Shown here: one piece after another, positions 11,308 to 21,400 of the stretch
How the letters are laid out: each line of letters opens with the position of its first letter
Numbering within the stretch: the first letter of the stretch is position 1
Origin: an uncultured Piscirickettsiaceae bacterium
GTDB taxonomy: Bacteria; Pseudomonadota; Gammaproteobacteria; PS1; Pseudothioglobaceae
Assembly (NCBI GenBank): GCA_964515065.1
Contig: CAZESR010000002.1
Coordinates: 3,419-67,418, forward strand
Reading direction: 5' to 3'
DNA length: 64,000 nucleotides
Made by a program: the position numbers and the translations under genes
The notes under the pieces: generated by a model
Told to the model about the DNA's origin: nothing
Database searches by the model: none
What the model saw: the letters and a program-made list of their open reading frames with translations, nothing else

Positions 11308-11907
11308 TTAGAACTCTTCTTTTGGGATGTACTTTGGAAAGAAATACTTTATAACTGGAACCACTATTAAAGCAGCAAAAAACAAAACAATTAGACAGCC
11401 TAAAATATCACCAATAAGGAAATTCTTCAAGAATTGTGTCGCATTAATTGCGCCTATACTCTGATCATTTGAAACGATGAAGGAAGTTACAAAAAAAGAG
11501 ATTAGAGTATTGAATAAAGCAGTTAGAATTGCCAAAAAAACAAGGTGTTGAAAAACAATCTTATCTCCATCAAAAAAGTTAGAGAGTTTAAAAAACCTCA
11601 TACTAGCAATTGCAAGAATTGGGCCAATAATTCCAGAAACATTTCGGAGAAGCATCATCTGATCAAAGAATGGTTCTCCGTGAAACCAAAATTCAGCAAG
11701 CTGTGTTGCCAATAAAACCGCAATAATGACTTCAAATCCAAACAATAGAAAACATAATGACATTGCCCCTAGAGGCAACCAAATAAGATTTCCAATAAAT
11801 GGATATGCAGGCCCATTGATGAAGTAACAAATTAGCACTATTAGAAATGCCAATAGCTGATACTGAAGTGCTGAGCGCATTAAATGCGCTGTATTTTTGT
11901 CTGACAT
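11308..11907 (-). CDS. Stand-alone MASE1-like integral membrane protein (about 6 TM helices)
   Basis: Hydrophobic helices, IWLPLG near the N-terminus and FLIGDILG near the C-terminus (MASE1-like). SD AGGGAG at 11915-11920. Confidence 0.65.
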   Translation of the reverse strand: MSDKNTAHLMRSALQYQLLAFLIVLICYFINGPAYPFIGNLIWLPLGAMSLCFLLFGFEVIIAVLLATQLAEFWFHGEPFFDQMMLLRNVSGIIGPILAIASMRFFKLSNFFDGDKIVFQHLVFLAILTALFNTLISFFVTSFIVSNDQSIGAINATQFLKNFLIGDILGCLIVLFFAALIVVPVIKYFFPKYIPKEEF

Positions 11908-12310
11908 AGCAGAACTCCCTTAACGGTATTTAAAGTCGTTGTTTAGGTATAAAGTCCGACTTTTCTACGCTTTTTATGGTGGTCGTTCACTCCGCCTTAG
12001 AAGCCCCTCCACCCGTTAAATAAGTGCTACAAAGCACTACCTTAACTTTCTTTGAATGTGTTTTTTAAGTGGTACAAGTAAAGCATCTCAACCACTCGCA
12101 CGCTATTTTTAAATGGTCGTTACGATACCCATTCGGTTTGATTTTGTTAACTGACAACAGTAAACTTGTCATTCCATTGTCACTGCTAATAGGAATCTTA
12201 ATCCTCTGCATATATTTGTTGCACACTGTTAGCAGAATCAGTCGTGCCCGATTGTACTTTTTGAATGAGGCATTCATCGGCTTACCTCATGTTGAACTAA
12301 CAATAAAACA
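11908..12310 (-). ncRNA. Candidate long structured RNA / 5' leader
   Basis: About ten consecutive inverted repeats separated by linkers that are A-rich on the minus strand. TATAAT at 12319-12314. See findings. Confidence 0.5.
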
Positions 12311-12320
12311 TAAATTATAA

Positions 12321-12611
12321 TTACAGCATCAATTTAAGAGACAAAATCATCTCCCTTTTGTCCAAAGTTGACTGTTCAGCCTTAATAACTTCATTCGATG
12401 TTAAGAAAAGAACTGCTCTTTTAATTGTCGACAAGGAGTATTTAGAAAAATAGGGGTCATTTTTAATTGAAGTGATAGTCGCATTTGCATTTGAACTAAT
12501 ATAAGAGAAAACTGCCTTTTCAACTTCTGAATAACCAGCCAAACCAAACTCTTTCTCACACTCATCGAGAGCTTTTCTAAGCTGAAATAATCTTGCTACT
12601 GCTTTTTTCAT
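12321..12611 (-). CDS. Small winged helix-turn-helix (MarR-like) regulator
   Basis: SLSTIKRAVLFL recognition helix and wing motif DKRE; 96 aa. Confidence 0.75.
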   Translation of the reverse strand: MKKAVARLFQLRKALDECEKEFGLAGYSEVEKAVFSYISSNANATITSIKNDPYFSKYSLSTIKRAVLFLTSNEVIKAEQSTLDKREMILSLKLML

Positions 12612-12721
12612 AACCTAACAACCTTACTTTAATAATTAACGAAATTCAATATATGTAAGCATCATAAACAATCCGACAAGAATTTACAATGGTTTAAGGC
12701 TAAATTTAATCCATAAGATAT

Positions 12722-13723
12722 CTAACTGAGTTTAAATTGTTGTTTAAGGCTTATATATTCAATGGACTTAATTCTAGGTCCGAACTGACTCACAACTCGG
12801 GAGGATGCCGCATTAGCAAAGCCAGCAGCCCAAGAAAAGTCCTTGCCCTGAGTAATTGCATGTAAAAATGCACCTGCAAACATATCTCCTGCGCCATTTG
12901 TATCTACTGCGCTTGCTAAAACCCCTTCAGTATGAATTAGATTAACACCATCAAATACTAATGATCCTCCAGGACCCCTAGTAATCACAAAAGTCTTTGC
13001 ATATTTTTTTAAGCCTTCTGCAGCTGCCTCAATAGTATGAGTATCTGTAAAGCTTCTTGCTTCATCCCCATTACAAAAAATTAAGTCAAGACCGTCATCA
13101 CCAATAATCGTTTTAATATTATCTGAAAATACTTCTACGACAAAAGGATCGGAGAGACTTAATGAGGTTTTAACACCATTCTCTTTAGCGAACCTCATTG
13201 CATCTCTAGCTACAGCTGTTCTTTGGTCATCAGTTACAACATACCCTTCAATATATAACCATTCAGAGTTAGACAGTGCTTCTTCATCAACTTCTCGATA
13301 TGTGAGTTCAAGGCTTGCACCCAAATTTGTATTCATAGTTCTTTCAGCATCTGGCGTAACCATCACAAGACACTTTCCAGTAACTCCACTTGATGGGTCA
13401 ATCTGATGAAAATCAACTCCCGATTTATTTAGATCTTTTACAAAAAAGTCACCAACGTCATCATTAGCCACCTTGCCAGAGAAGAAGGTGCTTGAACCGA
13501 ACATACTTGCTGCAACAACGGAGTTACAAGCCGAACCGCCACAACTCATCTTTACAGGTACACGTTGAGTCGTAAGAGAGTCAATAAGATATTTTTGTCT
13601 CTCTGTATCAACTAAAGTCATCAAGCCTTTGCCAATGTCATTATCTTTAATGAATGAATCACTTACCACAACCTCTGTATCTACAATTGCAGCGCCCATT
13701 CCATAAATGTTGTATTTTTTCAT
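12722..13723 (-). CDS. PfkB-family carbohydrate/adenosine kinase
   Basis: GGSACN, ERTM, DTNGAGDMFAGAF signatures. Confidence 0.9.
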   Translation of the reverse strand: MKKYNIYGMGAAIVDTEVVVSDSFIKDNDIGKGLMTLVDTERQKYLIDSLTTQRVPVKMSCGGSACNSVVAASMFGSSTFFSGKVANDDVGDFFVKDLNKSGVDFHQIDPSSGVTGKCLVMVTPDAERTMNTNLGASLELTYREVDEEALSNSEWLYIEGYVVTDDQRTAVARDAMRFAKENGVKTSLSLSDPFVVEVFSDNIKTIIGDDGLDLIFCNGDEARSFTDTHTIEAAAEGLKKYAKTFVITRGPGGSLVFDGVNLIHTEGVLASAVDTNGAGDMFAGAFLHAITQGKDFSWAAGFANAASSRVVSQFGPRIKSIEYISLKQQFKLS

Positions 13724-13742
13724 TATTTATATTCTGTATTTA

Positions 13743-14672
13743 TTAATTTTTTAATGATGCAGGCACAGGAAAATTAACATCTTCTCTTGCCCCCTCTACC
13801 TCAATAATCTCATGACCACCCTTTGTTATAAAATAACTTACCACCTCTTGAACTAAAATCTCTGGGGCTGATGCGCCAGCAGTGATACCTACTGAAGCAA
13901 CATCATTTAACCATTGATCTTCAATATCGTTAAAACTATCAATTAAATAAGCAGGCTTGCCTTGATTATCAGCAATTTCTTTCAAACGATTCGAGTTTGA
14001 AGAGTTTTTTGAGCCAATAACAATGAGGATTTCTGAATGTTTTATCACCTCTTTTACTGAATCTTGACGATTTTGTGTTGCATAGCAAATATCACTCTTC
14101 TTTGGAGACTGTATACTGGGATATTTATCTTTTAATGCCTCAATAACCTCTTTGGTATCATCCACTGATAGTGTTGTCTGAGTGGTGTATGAAACATCCT
14201 CATCTTTTGAAATCTTTAAGTCTTTAATATCATCGACTGACTCAACTAATGTTATCTTGTTGGAATCTGAAGACTGGCCAAGAGTTCCCTCAACTTCAGG
14301 GTGTCCTGCATGGCCGATAAGGATTACCTGATGATTATTTTTTTGGCGGCGAATAACCTCTTTGTGAACCTTAGTCACAAGCGGACAAGTTGCATCGTAA
14401 ATAACAGCAGAGATATTATTTGCCTCTTTTCTAACAGCCTGTGATACGCCATGAGCACTATAAATAACGACACTCTCTTTTGGAACTTCAGAGATTTCAT
14501 CTACAAAAATAGCCCCTTTATTCTTTAAATTATTAACCACATACTTATTATGAACTACTTCGTGTCTAACATATATGGGTGAGCCATGCTTTTCAATAGC
14601 TCGTTCAACTATCTCTATGGCTCTGTCAACTCCAGCACAAAAACCCCTAGGATTAGCCAAATATATTTTCAA
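13743..14672 (-). CDS. ispH: 4-hydroxy-3-methylbut-2-enyl diphosphate reductase
   Basis: [35 protein letters not shown]. Confidence 0.98.
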   Translation of the reverse strand: MKIYLANPRGFCAGVDRAIEIVERAIEKHGSPIYVRHEVVHNKYVVNNLKNKGAIFVDEISEVPKESVVIYSAHGVSQAVRKEANNISAVIYDATCPLVTKVHKEVIRRQKNNHQVILIGHAGHPEVEGTLGQSSDSNKITLVESVDDIKDLKISKDEDVSYTTQTTLSVDDTKEVIEALKDKYPSIQSPKKSDICYATQNRQDSVKEVIKHSEILIVIGSKNSSNSNRLKEIADNQGKPAYLIDSFNDIEDQWLNDVASVGITAGASAPEILVQEVVSYFITKGGHEIIEVEGAREDVNFPVPASLKN

Positions 14673-14697
14673 AATTTATCAGTTAATATTAAAAAAA

Positions 14698-15543
14698 TTA
14701 CGCCGAGGAGTGCAGGGCTGAGAGCAATTGAAAAATTTTGTTTCTTAATTCTGCTCGATGGACAATCATATCAATAGCACCCTTCTCGAGCAAAAATTCA
14801 CTCCTCTGAAAACCTTCTGGGAGCTCCTCTCGAACAGTTTGCTCAACTACCCTAGCGCCAGCAAAACCAATCCTTGCATTCGGCTCAGCGATTTGAATAT
14901 CGCCAAGCATTGCAAGACTTGCCGAGACTCCGCCCATTGTAGGATCAGTTAAAACTGAAATAAATGGAATTTTTTTGTCTGCCAACAGTTTCACAGCAAG
15001 AGAAGTTTTAGACATCTGCATCAAAGAAAATAATCCTTCCTGCATGCGTGCGCCGCCACTGGCAGAAAAGCATACAAAGGGTTGATTATTTTTGATAGCA
15101 GAGTTAGCAGCCCTAACAAACTTCTCACCAACAACTGACCCCATTGAACCGCCCATAAAACTGAAATCAAAGGCCGCTGTAACAATTGGCATTCCTTTTA
15201 AAAAACCACTTTTAACAATTAAGGCATCTTTTTCTTTGGTAAATTTTTGTGCATCCTGATAACGATCCTTGTATTTTTTTTGGTCCTTAAACTTTAAAGG
15301 GTCAGCCGATTGAACATTTGCAGCTATTTCAACCTGATTTTCCATATCAAGGAAGCTCTCTAGCCTCTTTCTGGCAGAAATCCTTAGATGGTGGTTACAT
15401 TTTGGGCAAACATAGAGGAGGCGCTCTAGCTCCTCTTGATAAAGAACTCGATTGCACTCAGGACACTTGCTCCAAAGACCTTCAGGTATGTTCTTTTTTG
15501 CATTCTTGCCAATAGATGGCATTATTTTTTCTAACCAACTCAT
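14698..15543 (-). CDS. accD: Acetyl-CoA carboxylase carboxyltransferase beta subunit
   Basis: Zn finger [32 protein letters not shown]. Confidence 0.97.
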   Translation of the reverse strand: MSWLEKIMPSIGKNAKKNIPEGLWSKCPECNRVLYQEELERLLYVCPKCNHHLRISARKRLESFLDMENQVEIAANVQSADPLKFKDQKKYKDRYQDAQKFTKEKDALIVKSGFLKGMPIVTAAFDFSFMGGSMGSVVGEKFVRAANSAIKNNQPFVCFSASGGARMQEGLFSLMQMSKTSLAVKLLADKKIPFISVLTDPTMGGVSASLAMLGDIQIAEPNARIGFAGARVVEQTVREELPEGFQRSEFLLEKGAIDMIVHRAELRNKIFQLLSALHSSA

Positions 15544-15555
15544 ACTTTGCCTTAG

Positions 15556-16356
15556 TTAAGTAATTGCACTAGAGATTTCTTTAGCCAAATTGCCAACTTT
15601 AGTAACCATTTTATCCTGATCAGATGAAAGCTCTTCAACGATAGAAACAAGAGCGCTTCCTACAATAACAGCATCAGCATTTTCACCAACCTGCTTTGCT
15701 GTTTGTGCATCTTTAATTCCAAAACCAACCCCAACTGGGAGCTGAATATAGTTTCTCATTCTCTCCAAGTGGAAGTTAACAGAATCAATATCTAAATGAC
15801 CTGCACCTGTTACTCCTTTAAGAGAAACATAGTAAATATATCCACTCGCTATCTTTGAAATATAATCCAAACGTTCATCTGTTGTTGTAGGAGCAACTAA
15901 AAAGATTAAATCAATATTAAACTCATCGAGTTCTTTTTTTAGGTCTGATGCTTCTTCAGGCGGCATATCAACGACCAGAATTCCATCCACACCCGCTTCA
16001 TCAGCCCTAGCTGCAAAATCTTTAAATCCGTAAACTTCAATTGGATTGGTATATCCCATTAAGACAATACCCGTGCTCTGGTTATGCTCCCTAAACCTTT
16101 CTACAATTGCAAAAACATCATTAAGATCTATACCATCAGCTACTGCCCTCTCATGAGATTTAGCAATGACAGGCCCATCAGCCATAGGGTCGGAGAATGG
16201 CATGCCTAATTCAATGATATCTGCACCACTATCTGCAAGAGTAAAAACAAGCGCCTCACAATTATCTAGTCCGCCATCTCCAGCAGTGATGAAAGGAATG
16301 AAAGCAGTTTGGTCAGCTTCATTAAGTTTTTTATAAATATCAAAGATTCGTGACAT
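15556..16356 (-). CDS. trpA: Tryptophan synthase alpha chain
   Basis: ELGMPFSDPMADGPVI, GVTG, VGFGI, VIVGSA. Confidence 0.97.
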   Translation of the reverse strand: MSRIFDIYKKLNEADQTAFIPFITAGDGGLDNCEALVFTLADSGADIIELGMPFSDPMADGPVIAKSHERAVADGIDLNDVFAIVERFREHNQSTGIVLMGYTNPIEVYGFKDFAARADEAGVDGILVVDMPPEEASDLKKELDEFNIDLIFLVAPTTTDERLDYISKIASGYIYYVSLKGVTGAGHLDIDSVNFHLERMRNYIQLPVGVGFGIKDAQTAKQVGENADAVIVGSALVSIVEELSSDQDKMVTKVGNLAKEISSAIT

Positions 16357-16422
16357 ATTATTACTTCTTCTTAATTAAATTAATTTTAACATAGTGAAAG
16401 TAGATCTCTATTCACTGATTTT

Positions 16423-17463
16423 TTATTTTGAATAGGAGTGCACAGCATCAACCAAGACCTTCATGCTATCAGGATCAACCTCTGGCGTAATTCCATGGCC
16501 TAAATTAAATACATGTCCAGTTGAGCCTTTAAACTGATCTAAGATTTTATACGCTTCTGTTTTAATTACCTCTGGCGATGCATAGAGCACCGATGGGTCA
16601 AGATTACCCTGCAACGCTACCTGACTTCCAACTCGTCTCTCTGCCTCTCCTATCTCAACCGTCCAGTCAATTCCAACTGCATCACAACCAGTCGCTGCTA
16701 TTTGCTCTAGCCATGCCGACCCTCCCTTTGTAAAAAGAGTCACTGGAATTATCTTGCCTTCGTATTCTCGCTTAATCCCATCAACAATTTTTGCCATATA
16801 CCTTAGAGAAAAGTTTTCATAACTCTCTTTATTTAAAAGACCGCCCCAGGTATCAAAAATCATAACTGAGTCAGCACCTGCCTCAATTTGAGAATTTAAA
16901 TAATCAATAATCGTATCAGCAAGGACATCAAGGAGCTGATGCATATGCTTTGGATTTTCATACATCAACGCTTTTACTTTTGAAAAAGTTTTGCTTGATC
17001 CACCTTCAACCATATAGGTAGCAAGAGTCCATGGGCTTCCTGAAAAGCCAATAAGTGGAACTCTGCCCTTCAGATTTTTTTTTATAACAGAGACTGCGTT
17101 ACTTACATAAGAAAGCTCCTTAGAAACATCAGGTTTTTGTAATTGCCCAATGTCTTTAAGCGTGTTTAGTGGTTGGGTAAACTTTGGACCTTCTCCCTCA
17201 ACAAAATGAAGGCCAAGACCCATTGCATCTGGAATAGTTAAGATATCTGAAAAAAGAATAGCAGCATCCAAATCAAATCGGTCAAGCGGTTGAAGAGTAA
17301 CCTCACAAGCTAAGTCACTTGACTTGCAAAGTGTTAGAAAATCTCCAGCTTTTTTTCGAGTAGCCCTATATTCTGGCAAATATCTTCCTGCCTGCCTCAT
17401 GACCCAAATAGGTGTTCGGGATACTTCTTTCTTTAGTAGCGCATTAATGTAGTCGAATGCCAT
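16423..17463 (-). CDS. hemE: Uroporphyrinogen decarboxylase
   Basis: [29 protein letters not shown]. Confidence 0.98.
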   Translation of the reverse strand: MAFDYINALLKKEVSRTPIWVMRQAGRYLPEYRATRKKAGDFLTLCKSSDLACEVTLQPLDRFDLDAAILFSDILTIPDAMGLGLHFVEGEGPKFTQPLNTLKDIGQLQKPDVSKELSYVSNAVSVIKKNLKGRVPLIGFSGSPWTLATYMVEGGSSKTFSKVKALMYENPKHMHQLLDVLADTIIDYLNSQIEAGADSVMIFDTWGGLLNKESYENFSLRYMAKIVDGIKREYEGKIIPVTLFTKGGSAWLEQIAATGCDAVGIDWTVEIGEAERRVGSQVALQGNLDPSVLYASPEVIKTEAYKILDQFKGSTGHVFNLGHGITPEVDPDSMKVLVDAVHSYSK

Positions 17464-17528
17464 TATGTTGTCTCAAAAATATTTGATTATATCAATTTTA
17501 AGGCTTTTTTTAAGTTTCCTTCTGACAC

Positions 17529-17552
17529 AAAAAAAGCCACATTTGTGGCTTT
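17529..17552 (-). terminator. Intrinsic terminator after rpmE
   Basis: Minus strand AAAGCCAC-AAAT-GTGGCTTT followed by a T run. Confidence 0.75.
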
Positions 17553-17572
17553 AACTGTGACTTAATTTGAAA

Positions 17573-17785
17573 TTAACGTTTGAAAGCGCCGTAACGTGAC
17601 TTGAACTTTTCAACACGTCCTGCAGTATCCATGATTTTTTGCTTTCCAGTATAGAAAGGATGACAGCTTGAACAAACATCAAGATGAATTTCGTCTTTAC
17701 CTGAAGTAGAGCGCGTCTCAAATGAGTTGCCACAACTGCACACGACCTTAATTGTTTCATATGAAGGGTGAATATCTGTTTGCAT
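17573..17785 (-). CDS. rpmE: 50S ribosomal protein L31, Zn-binding type A
   Basis: [28 protein letters not shown]. Confidence 0.97.
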   Translation of the reverse strand: MQTDIHPSYETIKVVCSCGNSFETRSTSGKDEIHLDVCSSCHPFYTGKQKIMDTAGRVEKFKSRYGAFKR

Positions 17786-17826
17786 AGCTTTATATCATCA
17801 AGTTTTCAAAAGAGGTGAATTATATA

Positions 17827-18054
17827 CTATCTCTCTGCTGGGGTAAATGTTTTAACACTTAAAGCATGGAGTTCGCCACTCTTTATTTCTTCCTTAACTA
17901 GGCCTAAAACCAATCTTTGCCTTTGCAAAAGAGATAGACCATCAAAAACAGGCGAGACAATAACCGCCGAGCAATTACAACCATCACCCTCCATGCTGAC
18001 TTCTGAGTCCTGTATTCCTGCTTCTAATTTTGCTTGAACTTGTTCTAATGTCAT
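17827..18054 (-). CDS. BolA/IbaG family protein
   Basis: VSPVFDGLSLLQRQRLV, ELHALS. ATG at 18054 avoids overlap with pit. Confidence 0.88.
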   Translation of the reverse strand: MTLEQVQAKLEAGIQDSEVSMEGDGCNCSAVIVSPVFDGLSLLQRQRLVLGLVKEEIKSGELHALSVKTFTPAER

Positions 18055-18091
18055 ATCTTTTGGCCCTAAATTCTTATAGAAATTATACTCT

Positions 18092-19372
18092 CTATGCACT
18101 AAATATGCCTTTCAGAGCAAAGAAGAATAAAATCGAGAGTATCGCACCAGCTGGTAAGGTAATAACCCATGATAAAAATATTTTATTAATCACTCTTAGG
18201 TTAAGCGATGCAAGTCCTCTAGCTATTCCAACACCTAAAACTGCACCAACGAGCACCTGAGTCGTTGATACAGGAAGTCCAGTATATGAGGCAAAAACAA
18301 CCGTTGTAGCTGCAGCCAGTTCAGCAGAAAATCCTCGGCTTGGAGTCAGCTCAGTAATATTTTTACCTATAGTTCGCATCACCCTAAATCCAAAGGTCGC
18401 AAGACCAAAGACAATACCACCACCTCCAACTAGCAAAATCCACGACGGTAGAGCGCTTTTTGAAACGATTTGGCCACCCGATTCAACGATACTATATACT
18501 GCAGCCAAAGGTCCAATTGCGTTTGCTACGTCATTCGATCCATGAGCAAAAGCCATTGAACACGCTGTAATAACCATCAACCCACCAAAAAGTTTCTCCA
18601 TGTTTGCATATGAGAAATCGCTATCATCCTCAGGATTTATTTTAATTCGCCTAAGAATGATCGCAGCGATGGTAGCGGCTAAGATTCCAACTACACTTGC
18701 AATCATCATACTTGTAGGCAAGTCTTTGCCAAGATGCTTTAAGGATTCAACATGTTTAAGTCCTTTTAATAGAGTTACTAAAGAGAGAACGAAGCCAACA
18801 AAAAAGACGTAGAAAGGCAAATATTTTTTTGCATTATCTAACGGCTGATCTGTATCAATTACAAGACGCTGAAGGCTTTTAAAAATTATAATTGCCATTG
18901 TTCCCGCTATGAGAGGCGAAACAACCCAACTTGCAATAATGCCGTACACCTTGCCCCATGAAACTGCCTCTATTCCAACACCTACAGCGCCAAAACCAAC
19001 AATTGCTCCAACAATTGAATGTGTCGTTGAAACCGGCCAACCCAGCGATGATGCTATAAAAAGCCAAGTTGCAGCTGCCAAAAGTGAAGCAAGCATACCG
19101 TAAACTAATAATTCTGGATTGGATGAAAATACACCAGCATCAAGAATACCTTTTCTGACAGTCGCTGTAACTTCTCCACCCGCTAAAACAGCACCAGCAA
19201 ACTCAAAAATAACAGCAATTATGACCGCCTGCTTAAATGTAATAGCGCCTGAACCAACAGAAGTTCCCATAGCATTAGCAACATCATTTGCACCAATGCC
19301 CCATGCCATAAAGAGACCAAAACCGATGGCCAACATTATAAGAATGTCACTATTTTGAATAATGATTTCCAC
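18092..19372 (-). CDS. pit: PiT-family inorganic phosphate transporter
   Basis: GANDVANAMGTSVG, PVSTTHSIVG, HGSNDVANAIGP. Confidence 0.95.
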   Translation of the reverse strand: MEIIIQNSDILIMLAIGFGLFMAWGIGANDVANAMGTSVGSGAITFKQAVIIAVIFEFAGAVLAGGEVTATVRKGILDAGVFSSNPELLVYGMLASLLAAATWLFIASSLGWPVSTTHSIVGAIVGFGAVGVGIEAVSWGKVYGIIASWVVSPLIAGTMAIIIFKSLQRLVIDTDQPLDNAKKYLPFYVFFVGFVLSLVTLLKGLKHVESLKHLGKDLPTSMMIASVVGILAATIAAIILRRIKINPEDDSDFSYANMEKLFGGLMVITACSMAFAHGSNDVANAIGPLAAVYSIVESGGQIVSKSALPSWILLVGGGGIVFGLATFGFRVMRTIGKNITELTPSRGFSAELAAATTVVFASYTGLPVSTTQVLVGAVLGVGIARGLASLNLRVINKIFLSWVITLPAGAILSILFFFALKGIFSA

Positions 19373-19381
19373 AATGAGCTC

Positions 19382-20062
19382 CTATTTTGTCAACATAACT
19401 TCGAAACGTGATCCCACCTTTTGGGCAGCGTCTGCAGTCTCACCGAGCCACTCAATGGCTCGATAATAAAACATTACATCAATAGGTGGTAATGACGCCT
19501 CAAGCAAATAAAGCTTGTTTCTAATTAACTCTTGAGCAACATCAGTTTCATGCTCTAATTCGTTAACCTTCTTTATCATCTTGTCTACAATTTTTCGCTC
19601 TCGACTACTAAACGCAGTCTCTAAGAGTTCATCTAACTCATTGATGGCTACCAGTGCGGCAGCCGAAGTCTTAATACATAACTTCGATAAATTTATAAAG
19701 TCATCTGCAAATTCTATTGGAAAGACCATTTTCCTTGACATCATTAGACCTGCAAGATCTTTTGTAATGTTTGCAATAGAATCTTGAATTAACAATACAT
19801 CTAATAAATCCCTTCTTGAAAAGGGCATCATGAACGTGCTAGGAAGATTCATTCTTAATTTCTTCTTCAGTACATCTGCTTTATGTTCTTTTTTGCCAAT
19901 TGAAATATGAGTTAATTGAGCCTTTTCCCAATCATCAGCATTAGCGGCCTTAGCAAATACACCAAACTCTTTGAGGCATGAGTGTACTTGTTTCATATGC
20001 TTCTGAAGTGGACTTATTGGCGATTTACCAAATAAGCTTGTGATATTGTCTTTTCCAGTCAT
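19382..20062 (-). CDS. Pit accessory protein, DUF47/TIGR00153 (PhoU-like)
   Basis: SPISPLQKH, EHKAD, ELDEL, EHETD; directly upstream of pit. Confidence 0.9.
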   Translation of the reverse strand: MTGKDNITSLFGKSPISPLQKHMKQVHSCLKEFGVFAKAANADDWEKAQLTHISIGKKEHKADVLKKKLRMNLPSTFMMPFSRRDLLDVLLIQDSIANITKDLAGLMMSRKMVFPIEFADDFINLSKLCIKTSAAALVAINELDELLETAFSSRERKIVDKMIKKVNELEHETDVAQELIRNKLYLLEASLPPIDVMFYYRAIEWLGETADAAQKVGSRFEVMLTK

Positions 20063-20311
20063 AACCCTAATCTACTCCATATAGTTTAAACGTTTAAAAC
20101 ACCATAAAACAATACAAAATTTCTGATAATCAATGTCAAAAATGCGAATTATAGATAACTATTTTTGATCTGGTATGTTTTTTTGTCACATTAACCAGTT
20201 ATATTGAATTAGATTCAATAGAATCATTATAACTGACAAAAAAATTAGAAATTATGGGGTTATAAAAAACACATAACATACTTAAGGTTGAATATTTCTC
20301 AATAAGCTTCG

Positions 20312-20722
20312 TCAGTCATTAAGAAGATAAGTTTGAATGAATGGCAATAAGTCTTCTTTTATTTCCTCGAAACAAAGCTCAAAAGCCTCATATTCCTTCC
20401 CGTCAGGATCATTAAACCCTATATGTTTGACAGGAATATTTCCAGGAAACACTGGACAAGTCTGTTTGGCATTCTCACAGACAGTAACAACTAAGTCAAA
20501 TGATATATGCATCACTGACTCTAAAGCCTTAGAGCAGTAATCATCACTCCAAATGCTCTTCGCTTGTAGAATTTTTTTTGCATTTGGATTAACCTTTCCA
20601 CTAGCAGAAATCCCACTAGAGTAGGCCATAACTTTACCTTTAAGCTGACTATTGATGAGGGCCTCTGCAATGATGCTACGACAACTATTACCAGTGCATA
20701 GAACCAAAACTTTTTTACTCAT
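20312..20722 (-). CDS. arsC: Arsenate reductase, LMWP (thioredoxin-type) family
   Basis: CTGNSCRS P-loop, VTVC..A...CP redox cysteines, DP motif. Confidence 0.88.
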   Translation of the reverse strand: MSKKVLVLCTGNSCRSIIAEALINSQLKGKVMAYSSGISASGKVNPNAKKILQAKSIWSDDYCSKALESVMHISFDLVVTVCENAKQTCPVFPGNIPVKHIGFNDPDGKEYEAFELCFEEIKEDLLPFIQTYLLND

Positions 20723-20731
20723 TAACTCAAC

Positions 20732-21400
20732 CTAATTATCAGATTTAAAGACTTTTAAAAAAACCATAGACGCTAAAATAGCTCCTAGACATGTTGCTAC
20801 AATATATACCCATAAACACTCAAGGTTTCCACTAATAATTGCAGGACCTATGCTTCTTGCAGGATTCATACTCGCTCCAGTGATTGGGCCTGCAAACATT
20901 GACTCAAGACCAACTGTAAGCCCAATTGCCAAACCGGCAAAATCTTTCGTAGCTTTACCATGCACGGCTGAAGCACAAATGACAATCATCAAGATAAAAG
21001 TCAAAATAAATTCAAAACCAAAAGATTGTGATACAGAGCCACTGGGAATAGTTGCACCTAAATAGCTAACTTCAGATAAGCTAGTAAAATTTTCTGATAA
21101 AAGAAAATAAAGACATAAGCTAGCTAGCATGGCGCCAATTATTTGTGCTGAAATATAAGGGATTACATTTTTTCGACGAAACTCTCCCATCGTCCAAAAA
21201 GCTATCGTCACTGCAGGATTAAAATGTGCTCCAGAAACATGAGCAAAGCTATAAATCAGTGCAACGATTACAAACCCAAACGTCAGTGCAATACCCACAT
21301 GGCCGATTGCATTCGCGATATCATTAATCATAATAGCGCCAGTTCCAGCAAATACAAGAATGAATGTGCCCAGAGACTCAGCCGCTAGTTTTTTATACAT
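20732..21400 (-). CDS. MIP-family aquaporin/aquaglyceroporin (NIP-like)
   Basis: SGAHFNPAVT and GASMNPARS NPA motifs. Confidence 0.93.
   Translation of the reverse strand: MYKKLAAESLGTFILVFAGTGAIMINDIANAIGHVGIALTFGFVIVALIYSFAHVSGAHFNPAVTIAFWTMGEFRRKNVIPYISAQIIGAMLASLCLYFLLSENFTSLSEVSYLGATIPSGSVSQSFGFEFILTFILMIVICASAVHGKATKDFAGLAIGLTVGLESMFAGPITGASMNPARSIGPAIISGNLECLWVYIVATCLGAILASMVFLKVFKSDN

Noticed and set aside
11952-12284. RNase P RNA (rnpB): plus-strand AAGTCCGA (11952-11959) and TCGGCTTA (12277-12284) could form a P4-like helix with bulged U
   Set aside because: The conserved GAGGAAAGUCC context, the ACAGAA before CGGCUUA and the P1 end-pairing are missing. Probably coincidence; an Rfam RF00010 scan would settle it.
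12069-12320. 83-aa plus-strand ORF in the structured spacer
   Set aside because: GTG start with no SD, antisense to both neighbours, no recognisable motif.
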